Origin: Eledone cirrhosa
Lineage: Eukaryota
Length of the DNA: 64,000 nucleotides
Direction of reading: 5' to 3'
Assembly (NCBI GenBank): GCA_964016885.1
Contig: OZ024745.1
Location: 25,420,001-25,484,000 of the forward strand
The position numbers and the translations under genes are program-made. Positions 39,702 to 53,422 of the stretch are shown one piece after another. Position 1 is the first letter of the stretch. Every line of letters begins with the position of its first letter. The notes under the pieces were generated by a model. It worked only from the letters and a program-made list of their open reading frames with translations. It searched no databases and was not told the origin of the DNA.

Positions 39702-40293
39702 GAAAAGAAGCTGAAAATACACTTGAAGTTTTTAAAAAGATTTATTTACATTAACCTAACTAGTTTCAGAAAATTTCATGAATTTGAAAAATAGTGTGAG
39801 CTGTAGGGACAGGAAGCTACGCTGTAAGTCTCTCGCCTTAGGCGGAAGTTAGAAAGTTTGCTCGTTTTTAAAGAAAAAACATGGCTGAAATTGTTATTTG
39901 TTTACGATTTTGTTTCATTGGTTAAGGATGGTCATGAGGTTAGGCATAAAAGTTTGTTAGTTCTCCGCAATGTCCATGCATTACGGTTATATAACAGTAC
40001 AGAAAATAATTGCGTCACAAGTTAAGGTTGTTTTGGTCTCGTGAGTGTGTCATGCGAAAGCCAAAATGTCAAAACTATGTGAATCTAGAGAATATGGCAC
40101 GTGACAGAATAAACAAGTGTATGTATTTGTGTGTATATGGTTGTCTATGTGTTTATGTATGAATAGTGAGTGTATAATTAGTGAGTATATCTTGTTAAAG
40201 TTTATTTCTTTATAAATATATATATTTTTTATTTGTCCTTGTTTGATGTGGTTTTGTCTGATTTGAATTTCGGGGACTTATATGTTATAGGTA

Positions 40294-40458
40294 AGGCTGT
40301 GAATAGGCAGAATCATTAGAGTAGAGCGTCGGATAGAATGCTTTATTGTATTCGTTTCGGTTATCTGCTCTTTGAGTTCAAATCCTGTCACGGTTAACTT
40401 TGCCTTTCATCATTTCGAGGTCGATAAAAAAGTACCAGCCAATTCCTGGGGATCGATT
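40294..40458 (+). mobile_element. tRNA-derived SINE, diverged
   Basis: GAGTTCAAATCC...TTAACTTTGCCTTTCATC. Confidence 0.7.
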
Positions 40459-41401
40459 CTACCTCTATATCTCTTTCTCAATGGCATTCTCTCATTCTAT
40501 CTATCTCTCTCTCTCTTTCTCTGGAAACGCCGTATGTCGATACGATGCCCCTACGACCCCCTCGGGAGTTGCGGGACCATACATGCATGCATTTGTTGCA
40601 CTAAAATCACAAAGTGGAACAATTCTATTACTGGGATCCAGTATTTGCTGACGAAGAATAATGATTCAGTCTCCGTGTTAGTCTTATGCAGTTTTCATTA
40701 CATCCTTTATACTTAATAGCATATCTTAGTTGTTTCGACATTCACGTGAAGTGATTTCTTGCAATAAAAATGTTCATGATTTAAATTGATTTGAACTCAG
40801 AGCAGAGAACTGAATCAAATACTACAAAGCATTCTATCCGAGGTTCTATCGACTCTGCTTAGCAGAGTTTGCAACCAACATACACCCCCCACTCCCTTCA
40901 CACACACAATCTACGCAGGGTTTTTTTTTCAGAGTTTCCCTTTCAAATAGCAGCCCCCGCCCCATAAATTTCAGAATGTTAGAAATAGCAGCCAAAGTAC
41001 CCTTCCAAGCTCACAAAAGAGTGGAATTGGTAGCCGGACCAACCTTCAACAACTGGAGACCTGTTTTTCCTGTCGACAGCATATCACAAAATCGAATTTC
41101 ATCTCACGATACCGTTCTCATAACAACAACAAATGAATTACATCTTGGATTGCATAGGAGAACCGTTAAAATAATTATAATGAATAAACGATTTATGTAA
41201 CATCAGCATCTTTATTAATGTTATTATTATACTACTAATGTAGAATAATAAAAAGATTATAATTAAATACACAATAAGTAAAATAAAAAGGAAAACCCAT
41301 CTCTGCCTAAATGGTAAATCGCTATCTGCACATCTTTCGTTCCTAGGTTACAGATTCTGACAGTGAAGTGACCATCTTATAGATATTATGTTACCATGCT
41401 T

Positions 41402-41626
41402 GGGCGGTGAATTGGCAATATCGGTAGAGAGTCAGGCACCATGCTTTGCAGCACAGTTACGTCCCTTTACATTCTGAGTTCAAATCCCGCCGAGGTTAAC
41501 TTTGCCTTTCATCCTTACTGGGGTCGATAAAATAAAGTACCAGTAACGCACTGGGGTCGATTTAATCGATTTTCCCCTCCCCCAAAATTGCTGGCCTTGT
41601 GCCTATATAAGAAACCATTATTATTA
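41402..41626 (+). mobile_element. tRNA-derived SINE, long variant
   Basis: Head, body with extra GGGGTCGATTTAATCGATT segment, (TTA)n tail. Confidence 0.9.
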
Positions 41627-41991
41627 TGATGATGAGGAGGACGACGACGACGACAATGACGATGATAATGATAATGATGATGATGAGGAGGAGGAGGGGG
41701 TGGATGGGGGAGGAGGTGAAGGGGAGAGGGGAAGGGAGGAGAAGGAGAAGGAGGAGGCGAAGGAGGAGTAGGAGGAGGATGAGGAGGGATAGCAGGAGGA
41801 GGGGGAGGGGGGATGTGGAGGATGAGGAAGAGTATGATGATAGGAACGTTCTGAGTAATGAAGAAAGATTTTGACAATAATCACAAAAAAAAAAACCTGC
41901 TCAAGAATTACAGGTCATTGAACTTTTAAAGCAAAATATTTCTTTCTTTCTCTACGAGAGAACATAAACAAACAAACCGGAAGAAAGAGAG

Positions 41992-42023
<32 letters not shown>

Positions 42024-42154
42024 GAAGAAGAAGAAGAAAGAGAGAAGAAGAAGAAAAAAGAGAGAAGAAGAAAGAGAGAAGAAGAAGAAGAAGAAGAAGA
42101 AGAAGAAGAAGAAGAAGAATTATATCATCCTTAGTTTCTCTACACATAGACCAC

Positions 42155-43215
42155 ATACATACAACACAGAACATATACAACCCACAACACATACAACACA
42201 CAACATATACAACACACAACACATACAACACACAACATATACAACACACAACACACACAACACAACATATACAACACACAACACATACAACACACAGCAT
42301 ATACAACCCACAACACATACAACACACAACACATACAACACAGAACACATACATTACACACAACACATACAACACACAACACATACAACACACAACACAT
42401 ACAACACACAACACATACAACATACAACACATACAACACACAACATATACAACACACAACACATACAACACACAACACATACAACACACAACACATACAA
42501 CACACAACATATACAACACACAACACATACAACACACAACACATACAACACACAACATATACAACACACAACACATACAACACACAACACATACAACACA
42601 CAACACATACAACACACAACACATACAACACAACATATACAACACACAACACATACAACACACAACACATACAACACACAACACATACAGCACACAACAT
42701 ATACAACACACCACACATACAACACACAACACATACAACACACAACACATACAACACACAACACATACAACACACAACACATACAACACACAACATATAC
42801 AACACATGCAACACACAACACATACAACACACAACACATACAACACACAACATATACAACACACAACATATACAACACAGAACACATACAACACACAACA
42901 TATACAACACACAACACATACAACACAACATATACAACACACAACACTTACAACACACAACATATACAACACAACATATACAACACACAACACATACAAC
43001 ACACAACATATACAACACACAACACATACAACACACAACACATACAACACAACATATACAACACACAACACATACAACACACAACATATACAACACAACA
43101 CATACAACACACAACACATACAACACACAACACATACATTACACAACACATACAACACACAACACATACAACACACAACACATACAACACACAACACATA
43201 AATTACACAACACAT
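42155..43215. repeat. 16-bp minisatellite (ACAACACACAACAYAT)n
   Basis: Direct reading. Confidence 0.95.
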
Positions 43216-43414
43216 GTAGAGCAGCCATAAAAGATAAAACAACAATAGATTTGACAACAGGAAGAAAAAGAGGATGATAATAATAGTAATAATAATAATT
43301 ATAAAAAGCTCCATTGTATTTACTTTGCCAACTCCCAATATTTATAAACATAATCCAGTATAACAAATCAGAATACGAATACAACAATGGTACTAATACT
43401 ACTAATTATTATTA

Positions 43415-44078
43415 TTTCTTTATTGGCCACAGGGGCCGCCATATAGGGGACAATACAAGGAAAGTGGGCTTTACATGAAATCCAGTAAAAAAGATATAAC
43501 AAGTAACAATAAACAATCAAATTATAAGAATGAAATTCCCCATAGAGGAGAGTACTACTCAGATGTGACTCAGGAACCCACTACCACCCTACTTTCCAAG
43601 ACCATCCTAGGAGGGTGTCTCTCTTCTGTCCAAACTCAGACAGGTCCGTTTAACCGCACTTCCGTGTCTGTAGAGCTTATCTCGAACCGGCAGTGCCACC
43701 CGCTTTCCCCAGCGATTTATGGAAGATGTCCATAGTAACCGGCTCGAAATTCTCAAAACAGACTCGTTTTTTGTCGATGCCCAGAGCTTCTTCGAGAACG
43801 TTGTCGCACTTGTCCACCACTAGTCATCTATAGAACTCTTGAGTGAAATTTCCACTGACCGTATTGCCAGACTAGTAAAGAGCAGTGATCGCCTGGCAAC
43901 ATTCTAGATGCTCGTTACTTCGTTCCAGTCTGGTCCGAACCAAACCCCGAGCAACTTATCCGGTCCATCCATCCAACGTCTGACGACGCTGTTAAACAGC
44001 ATAGACTTGTCTTTCTAGGTGCCGAGCTGCAAGCCCACCGACTTTTCTAGGTTGATCTTTGCTCCTGTCAACCTTTCA
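43415..44078 (-). mobile_element. old degenerate Tx1-like LINE 3' fragment (copy 4)
   Basis: GAKINLEKSVGLQLGT, LLGVWFGPD remnants. Same 3' end TGTCCC..GCCCCTGTGGCCAATAAAGAAA. Confidence 0.8.
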
Positions 44079-44082
44079 TATA

Positions 44083-44309
44083 TTCTACCTACGTTAGTCT
44101 TGACGTTGAGCAAAACTATCTTCGATAGGGTGGCCCCCTACTAAAATGCAACGTGAAGCAGCAGCGGCTGCTCCGAGAAAATCTCTCACTATCCAAATCA
44201 TCACTTAAAAAACACCATTAAAAAACACCATTAAAAAAACTCAAGGCATAAATCCATTGTATGGTTCGGTGAACTTTTGCGTTAAACGTCAACACTAACG
44301 TAGGTAGAA
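44083..44309. mobile_element. putative MITE with ~35-bp imperfect TIRs
   Basis: TTCTACCTACGTTAGTCTTGACGTT... paired with ...AACGTCAACACTAACGTAGGTAGAA. Confidence 0.6.
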
Positions 44310-46779
44310 CATTCCTAGCACTTTTAGATTCACACATCCTTGTAGGCCATGAGTACCAGCAGATTTTTAACCGCAACACAGTGAAAATAATCTATTTATG
44401 TACTAAAAACATGAAATCCCACATCATCAATAATGGAAAGAGCTTTCCACTTTTCGTATGTTCATACAGAAGGTCAGAAGCTTGCCCCTTCGACCAACAG
44501 TGAAACACTCCAGCGGTAATATATATGAAGCAGAAGTGACGTCCACCAACCAGAACCAACTAACAGAAGCCTGGCCTTATGTAGGTATGTCGGAGTTGGT
44601 GTAATAACACAACGAAACTTAAGTATCTGCGTTTGCCACTGTTTTAACTGATTATGTATAACTCGTCCCATGGACTGAGGGCTCTAAACCCTTGGATATT
44701 TATAAGTTTGTACTACAGTGTATATATATTCTTTTCTCCTCTCTCTTTCGTTCTACTCTCTATCTCTCTATACAGACACATATACACCTATACACACACA
44801 CAAACACACACACACACACACACATATAAATATATATATATGAATATATAAAAATATGAATATGTGTGTATAAATATATATAATTATACACACATAAACA
44901 TATATCTACACACAACCTTTTCCTCCCAACTGTCTCATCCTGGATATTCTGCTGGAAAAAGGGAGAGGTCGAGAGGATATCTGTGTCTGCTTGCAGTTGT
45001 ATAGGAACCTATCATTCTTAGCGAAACCATAATACATGCTACCAAGTCATATTCGATTGCAAGTGACGGTCGTAGTTTTACGACACTAAAAGCGGTTTTT
45101 TTTCCCAAACCTTTTTATCTTTGTTTTTTTTTTCGATGAACGTTTTTCTAGTGAGTCACTGGAGAAACAAATTACTAAGAATTTGGAGTATATGGTGATT
45201 AGTCAAGTGACCTTTCCTGAAGTCATAGAAGCTACAATGGTGCTGATATTGAATAATATACTTAGATAAAAATAAAGAAAAATGAACCTTGTCGTTTTAA
45301 ACGATGATTGTTCTACTTGTCCGACCAATGTAACGGTGTATTCGTTTAATTAATATGTAAGATGTTGAATATTCCACAGATACACTCATCTACATCTTCA
45401 GCCCTGGAAAGTCCCAGTTATTTGTGTGACCTTGTAGGGTCCAGAAAATGACGCGGGTGCTCCATCTGTTTTCAATCATTTTGACAATGTGTCTTGACCA
45501 CGTCTATTTTACTTTGCTAATGATTTCTAGGATGTCGCAAACTTTTTTTTTTTCTCGGATCCAATATACCATTAAGGTCATTCTCGAGGCGACTCCCATG
45601 ACACAGTGGATAACAAAGCAGGCCCTTTGAATTATAAGTACAATCTATCTGACGGGCTTCCATACAGTTTAAGTCTATGGTGGCAACATGTTTGATTAGC
45701 TAAGAACATCATGAGCTTCTAGGTTCGTTTCCACTGCGTAGCATCTTAGGCAAGGTCTCTCATCATAACTTGGAAGCCCATCAGATGGATATATATAGAG
45801 AGAGAGATAAGAACTAAGATCATATGTAAATTATTCTTTGAGAGTGCTCGAAAATGCTGTTTGTGGCCGGTTTTCCATGACAAGTGGAGCCTACAGATCT
45901 CGACTGTGAGGATGGCGAGCGTTCCACCTGAGAAAGAAGCCCCGTGGAGTGGAGTTGCTGATATAGCGAGTGTCATTGGCTGACTGGCTGTTCTCCACAG
46001 CAAAGAGTTCGCCATTTTGACCACTGGACGTAACTGAGATATACTGTCTAGACTGGGGTGTAGAATCTACCGCTCCCTCTCTTTTTCCTTTACTTTAACT
46101 ATTTTATTCTCTTTTTTTTTTATTGCAAACATTATATAATCTAGTTTGTAGAAATGGGACATTAGTTATTGAGTTGCATTTTTGTCGGAAAAACATTCAT
46201 TTCTCCAAAATGTGTTGAAAATGTGAATAAAGGGCTTATTTTGTGCTACTGAAACTTCATCATACTCTGTAGACATATAAAGCCCAGCGGTTTGTATATC
46301 AGCTGTGGTTATCGGCATTATAAATGTTATTTACATAATTTCCTTTAAGTTTTTCAGCTAAAGTGCTGATGGTAGTAGTAGAAAGTCAGAACAGATGTGA
46401 CGTTATAATAGAGAGAGATACTTGATGAGAGAGAGAGGGGGAGGGGGAGAGAGAGAGTAGAAAGGGAGAGAGAGTGTGTGAGACAGAGAGAGTAGAAAGA
46501 GAGTAGGGTGAGGAGAGAGAAAGAAATAAGGAGAGAAAGAGGAATCAGAAAAGAAGAGAGAAGAGAGAGGTGGAGGGGAGAGAGAGAGAGAGAGGTTGAC
46601 AGACGGAAAGAGACAGAGAGAAAGAAGAAAAGTGGGGAGTAGAAAACAGAGAAGATAAATAAAAAAAAAGTGCAATTTGGGATGCAAGCGGAACTGTCAG
46701 CGAAAAATCAACGGATGGAAAATGTGAAATAGAAAGACAAACAGATAGACACACAGGCAGACAAATAGATAAGTAAATA

Positions 46780-46781
46780 AG

Positions 46782-46817
<36 letters not shown>

Positions 46818-46888
46818 AGTGATATATATATATATATATTATGGAATACTGTTGGCTTTTTGCTACAATATTTTCTATACCTTTCATT

Positions 46889-46921
<33 letters not shown>

Positions 46922-46934
46922 GTATGTATATATG

Positions 46935-46987
<53 letters not shown>

Positions 46988-46996
46988 ATATATATG

Positions 46997-47028
<32 letters not shown>

Positions 47029-47057
47029 ATATATATATTTATATATATATATGTATG

Positions 47058-47105
<48 letters not shown>

Positions 47106-47225
47106 TGTATATATATATATATATGTAAGTATGTATATATATATATACATATATGTGTGTGTGTGTATATATATATATATGTATGTACACACAGACACAC
47201 ACACACACACACACATATATATATG
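46780..47225. repeat. degenerate (TA)n/(TATG)n tract
   Basis: Direct reading. Confidence 0.9.
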
Positions 47226-47671
47226 CGTCTGTGTGTGTTTGTGTAAGAATATAATCTCTCTCTATATATATAATAATATGTATGTATAACTATATATGTG
47301 TGTGTGTTATTGATGGAAGTCCTGTGTTCATGACCCCTTTCAAAATGTCCGAGACTGGTGATGGAGAGGGTCGTATCGTCAAGCCGAACATCTGCTGCTC
47401 TGAATCACGGCAAAAAAATGGATCCCGCAAAAGGCTCCCAAAGGCCAGATTGTGGTGTTAAGCCAGTCGACCAATGAAGACTACCACCCATGTGCAGGCT
47501 TATTAACGTAAGAAAAAATACTCAATACTTGATATAGAGCATTTATTTATAAGAAACCAAGTAATGACTGCCGTCGTTGTTATTCAGAGTTTCATACACG
47601 TGTGCTCAATGAGGGAATTCTGAGAGCAAGAAATTTGCAGAGTCAAGCACACATGCGCAAAAATCTAAACA

Positions 47672-47733
<62 letters not shown>

Positions 47734-47918
47734 CTCCCTCTCTCTCTCTCTATATATATATATATAAATTAGCGAGTATCGCATTTCGGCTATTGGAAAT
47801 TAGCGAAAAACAACTTCCGAAATGTGTGGCAAGCGCTCAATAGAAACGAGTGGACTAGAGCAATAAATATATATATATATTTGTTTTGCAAGGTTTTTGA
47901 TACGAGGAAACATAATAG

Positions 47919-47962
47919 TACCACTGATGATGTTGCAGATGTGCAACGAAAGAACTTTGATA
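47919..47962 (+). ncRNA. type I hammerhead motif (family B relative)
   Basis: TACCA-CTGATGA-T-GTTGCA(GATG)TGCAAC-GAAA-GAAC-TT^TGATA, in a ~90-bp island between (TA)n tracts. Confidence 0.75.
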
Positions 47963-48126
47963 GACTATGACTGTATATATATATTTATATCTGTATGTTT
48001 AACCGTTGGTCAATCAATGATAAACGTTGATTACCAGATAAATTAACTATGGAGATATAAAGGATACAGAAACGAAAACCAACCAAACAGTGAGTGTGTT
48101 CTGTTATTATTTCTGGCAATATTATT

Positions 48127-48166
<40 letters not shown>

Positions 48167-48337
48167 ATGTGTGTCTGTGTGTATGTGTGTGTGTATGTGT
48201 GTGTGTGTGTGTGTGTGTATGTGTGTGTGTGTGTGTGCGCGCGCAAGTTTGCTCCAGTGTAACAAGACTCACTATTTAGCCATAATAATGAATATATTAT
48301 ACTATATATTATATTCATTTGTGTGTGTGTATTTTTA

Positions 48338-48405
<68 letters not shown>

Positions 48406-48520
48406 ATATATGTATATAGATATTTTTATGTATATTATATATATATATATGTGTGTGCATCTGTTTGTGTAGATATATGTTTGTGTATATATATATATTT
48501 ATACACATATTTTCATATTC

Positions 48521-48551
<31 letters not shown>

Positions 48552-48613
48552 GTATGTGTGTATGTGTGTGTACAACGAGACAGAGAGTAGAACGAATGAG
48601 AGAGAGAGAAAGA

Positions 48614-48651
<38 letters not shown>

Positions 48652-49100
48652 CTGACCTTCAGTAAGATAGTGTTCTGTAAGAGACGGAACGATTACGTTT
48701 TCCCACCCCTCCCCGCTTCTCTCTCTCTCTCTCTCTCCTCCTCCTCCTCCTCCTCTCTGCTAGCCAGTCAAGCCAATGAGGTTAGCCTCCTCCTCCTCCC
48801 AGCCTGTCGTGTTACGTAATATAGTTTGTCTGGTTAATAATAAATAATAAGGCAAAAGTACAGAGCTGATGATTCAAGGATGTTTGCTGTTTTGTATTGT
48901 GTTTACACGTATATTTACTTATGTATGTTTGTGTGTTTATGTAGGTATGTATGTAGTGTATATATGTATATATATATATGTGTGTGTGTATATATATATA
49001 TATACACACACACATATATATATACACATATATAGATATATATATATGTGTGTGTATGTATATATTTATATATAAATATATATATAAGTGTATATATATG

Positions 49101-49137
<37 letters not shown>

Positions 49138-49286
49138 ATGTATGTATATATTTATATATAAATATATATATAAGTGTATATATATATATATATGTGTGTA
49201 TATATATATATACATACATGAATATATATATATAATATAGGTTTTTATAATATATATATATGACAACATATATATATGATATTTAT

Positions 49287-49318
<32 letters not shown>

Positions 49319-49519
49319 ATGTACATTATGCATGTGTGTGCGTGTGCGTGCACGCATGCGTATGTCTGCGTGTCTAACAGACGAATCAGACGGGCAGACA
49401 GACATGAGACAAACTCAAGTGTAATGTTGTATAGAGAAATTAGAGGATATCGGCAGACAAGTAGGCAGACGATCGGACATACAGACATCAATAACACACA
49501 CACATATATAGTTATACAG

Positions 49520-49754
49520 GCATACACACAGACAGAACGACATACAGACATACACACAGACAGAACGACATAGACATACACACAGACAGAACGACATACA
49601 GACATACACACAGACAGAACGATAGACAGACATACACACAGACAGAACGACATACAGACATACACACAGACAGAACGACATAGACATACACACAGACAGA
49701 ACGACATACAGACATACACACAGACAGAACGACAGACAGACATACACACAGACA
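49520..49754. repeat. 24-28 bp minisatellite (ACAGACAGAACGA..GACATACAC)
   Basis: The same unit recurs at 55293-55442 on the other side of the LINE. Confidence 0.9.
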
Positions 49755-49981
49755 AATTTCTGTTTATTTGCCACTAGGGCACAAAAGAAAGGGACATGTA
49801 CATGGGTGGGTGGGGGGAGTTTATATAAAAATCGAGTAAGAAGAAAAATGTAAGTAAAATTTTAACAAGAAGGTCCTCAATAGGGAGGGATCGTTTTGGG
49901 GTCACACACACCACCGAATAAAATGTGCGACCCTTCTCCACGGCAGCACAAAGAGGGGGTGCTACCTTCTTCCTTTTCCAC

Positions 49982-52900
49982 CTACAGGCTGAGGTAGAGA
50001 GAAGGCCCATTCACACGGGCCATTCTCGCAACTTTCACCCACCTTTTATAAAACTGGCTGGAGTGGAGCACCTCTCTCTCCATCCTGATCCTTCTTCTGA
50101 AATGGTATCGGAAGAAAAGGACCAGTTGTTGGCCGGAAAGAAATGTGTCCGACCTCATCCCTTTCAGACGCGTCCACCATATAACCTCTTTTACCATGGC
50201 TATTACACAGAGGAAGACCGCCTCTCCTTCATTTTTGAAGGGGGGAGGCGGCTTGATCGTTACTATGGACTCGGTGGTCAACCTAATTGGTCCCACCCGA
50301 CAGATCGGCAACGCCCGGGCAGTGCACCAATGCGTGCGCGACGGTTTCCTCGTCGCGCACGCATCTGGGACAGATCTTTTTCGAGGGGTCCCTACCCGGG
50401 CGCCCGTGTCTGTAGAGCTTATCCCGAACGGGCAGAGCCCCTCGGTAGCACTGCCAGGCCAAGGACTTCTGGAAGTTGTCCATAGGTCCGGGGCCGAAAG
50501 TCCTACCGAATAGACTGGCCAGTTCGTCCTCCTCCATGCCTAGGGTTTCTCCGAGGGCGTCGTCGCACCTGCTAACCACCAGCCCTCTATAGAATGACGA
50601 GGTGGAGTCTCCATCGATAGCCGGGTCCGCCTGCCAGAGAGCCGTGAGCGCCTGGGCACACTCGGTGTGCCAGTCGCCCAGTTTTCTCGGTCTTTGCTTC
50701 ACCCAGGACTTCAGCTCGGTGAGCGAGACGAGCCTCGGGAAGGCTCGCCTCACAAACAGGGCCCACACCGGTTGACCGGTGAGGAATACCTGGAGGTGCC
50801 TTAGCCTCAATGCGTGTTTACGCATTTTTAGCCACGGCATCCCCAGCCCTCCTTTCAAAGGGTGTTGACAACAGATGAATCTCCTCACCAGAGGAGACCT
50901 CTTCTTCCAAAGGAAATAAAAGAGGGCGCGCTCCATTTTGGCGAGGATCTCACTCGGGCAAGGCACGACAGTCAAGCGGTAATAGATGACGGACGCTATG
51001 TAAGCGTTCGCCACCTCCGCCCGACCTTTCAGGGATAGTTTGCACTCGGCCCACTTCTGGGTTTGTTACAAACACCATATTCGTCACCTCACCCCAGTTT
51101 TTCTCCACCTGGAGGTCCGGTCCGAACCAGACCCCAAGCAACTTCACCGGGCCCTCCGTCCACCGTCCGACGATACCGTCGGACGACATCGCTTTGCCCC
51201 TCCACTCGCCGAGTTGCAAAGCGACTGACTTGTCCCGGTTCAGCTTAGCGCTTGTCAACCTTTCGTACTCCTCCAGTAAGGTGCCGATTGCCTCGATTTC
51301 CGCGGTGGTCGACACCATAACTGTTACGTCATCGGCGTAGGCCGACACCGCTTTGCGCAATCCCGGTTCCAAAGGGATGCCCTGCAACAACTCCAACTTC
51401 CGCAGTAGTGGCTCGAGAGCCAATACATACAGAAGGGAGGAGAGAGGGCACCCCTGTCGGATGGAGCGGGTAATTTCGAACGGCTCCGAGAGGTAGCCGT
51501 TCACCTTGACTCTAGAGCAGATGCGGCTGCTGTGCATGGCAGTGATCCAGCCCCTGAAAACGGGTCCGAACCCAGCCGCCGCTAGCACCGCATCCAGGTA
51601 ACCATGGTCCACCCTATCGAACGCTTTAGACTGATCTAAATTTATCAGGGCCCCACCAAAGCCGGGTTCGTTCCCAACCCTCTCTATGATGTATCGCATG
51701 AGGTGGAGATTGTCGTGGATGGACCTGGACGGGATAGCGCATGTCTGCACATCTCCAACCAGCCCCCCCCCCCCCACGACAAGCGCCAACCTCTTCGCTA
51801 GCACCTTGGCCAAAATCTTTAACTCTGCATTTAGCAGAGTTATGGGCCTAAAATTACTAATGTCATCCCCCTTGTTCTCGTCCTTCCTCACTAGCGAGAC
51901 TACGCCCTTTGTCACAGAACAGGGAATTCTCCCGTTCTGTTGCCAGTTGCAGTAGACCGCCTCGAGGAGATCGGGGAACAAGTCCGGCATATTAATATAC
52001 AGTTCGTAGGGCAGACCATCGAGCCCTGGAGATTTGCGTTTGCCGCATAGGCTCAGCACGTCCCCTATTTCAGCAGCTGAGATTGGCCTGTCGCAAGACC
52101 TCGCCTCCTTGTCCGAAAGACGCGGCAGGCCGTCGAGGTATGGACCGAAATCCACATCTCCAACCGGCCCCCCGCCCCTCCCGAACAATCGGGCAAAGTG
52201 CCTTTGAAAGGCCCCGCACATTTGCTTAGGTTCAAGGATCACCCGTCCATCCTGGTCTCGCAAAGACCGGATAGTGGATTTAATCCCACTTTTCGCTTCT
52301 GTCACGCGGGCCCAGCTAACAGCTTTGGTCCCCTCGTTTCCCAGAGTACGTATTTTGCTTCGGACAACGCAGCCTTCGTGTTTCGCGTCGAAGAACTGGT
52401 TCAAGGCCGTTCTCGACGCTTGCACTCTGGCCACGTTGCCGCTTCTCATTGCCTCTTCAACATTAACTACCAACTCCCTTTCCTTCCTATTTCTATCTGA
52501 GGCTAACTCCTTACTAACTCCTATTGAAACTACTCTAATCTCTCTTTTTAGAGAGATCCACCACCTGCTGTTGACGATGGCGCCCGTCAACCGCTCCTTA
52601 ACTAAGGTTCTAATCCGGTCCCTGTAAGCTCTACTTGCCGGTAAGGACAAGTTGAGCTTCCAGTAACCGGGTCCCTGCCTATGCGTTCTATCAAGGTGGA
52701 CTACGCAGGTCACTAACTTGTGGTCTGAATAGCCCACCATGAGCATTTCTGGACAACTTAAAAAGTCCCTATCCTTAATTCTAACTAAGAACCTATCTAG
52801 GTACGATCTAGAATGACCACTGTTATTTGACCAAGTCCAGGTTGGCACAGTCGGAAAATCTAGTCGGTATGTATCGGCCAGGTCAAATCGGCCGATTAAC

Positions 52901-53399
52901 CCCTTGAGGCTGTTACACCCCCCTCTATCGGGACATGCCCCTACATAGTCCCAACGTGCATCTAGGATACCATTCCAGTCCCCCACTAAAAGCAAGGAGC
53001 GGGACGTCCCTAGAAAAGTCTCCAGACGATGGAAGAAGTCCGACCGCATTGCCCCAAAAGGGGCGTATACGGCGACAAGCCTAAAAGCTTCGCCTTCACC
53101 ATTGCCAAGGTCCAGAACCACGAGTCGCCCTCCGGGTCTAAGTGTACCGTCTGTGTAGCGAGACCCAGATGTTTTTGCAGCAGAACGACAACCCCACCCC
53201 CACCTCCGGGCTGACAGAGAGATGCGTGCATCTCAAAGTCATCAAAGGTGGGGTCTAGCTGTCGCACGCTGCTGATCCGGGCCTCGCAAATAACCATCAC
53301 ATTTATACATTGTGACCTGAGGTCATTTAGAAGTTTAGCTTGCTTCCAAGGTGAGCCCAAGCCACGCGCATTTAGACAACCTACTCTTAACACAGCCAT
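49982..53399 (-). pseudogene. ORF2 (APE-RT-zinc finger), three frame disruptions
   Basis: LNARGL, GDWN, SDH, YADD intact, CPRC..EETVAHALVHC. Breaks near 53130, 51065 and 50300 (the last a ~26-bp deletion relative to copy 1). Confidence 0.93.
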
Positions 53400-53422
53400 G
53401 TTGGTGGTAAAGAAAGAGGCAC

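Noticed and set aside
39745-39800. GAAACTAGTTAGG on the minus strand, possible HHR 3' half
   Set aside because: No recognisable CUGANGA or stems I/II, too degenerate to call.
41926-43338. 470-aa Cys/Val-rich ORF
   Set aside because: Translation of a 16-bp minisatellite plus (GAA)n.
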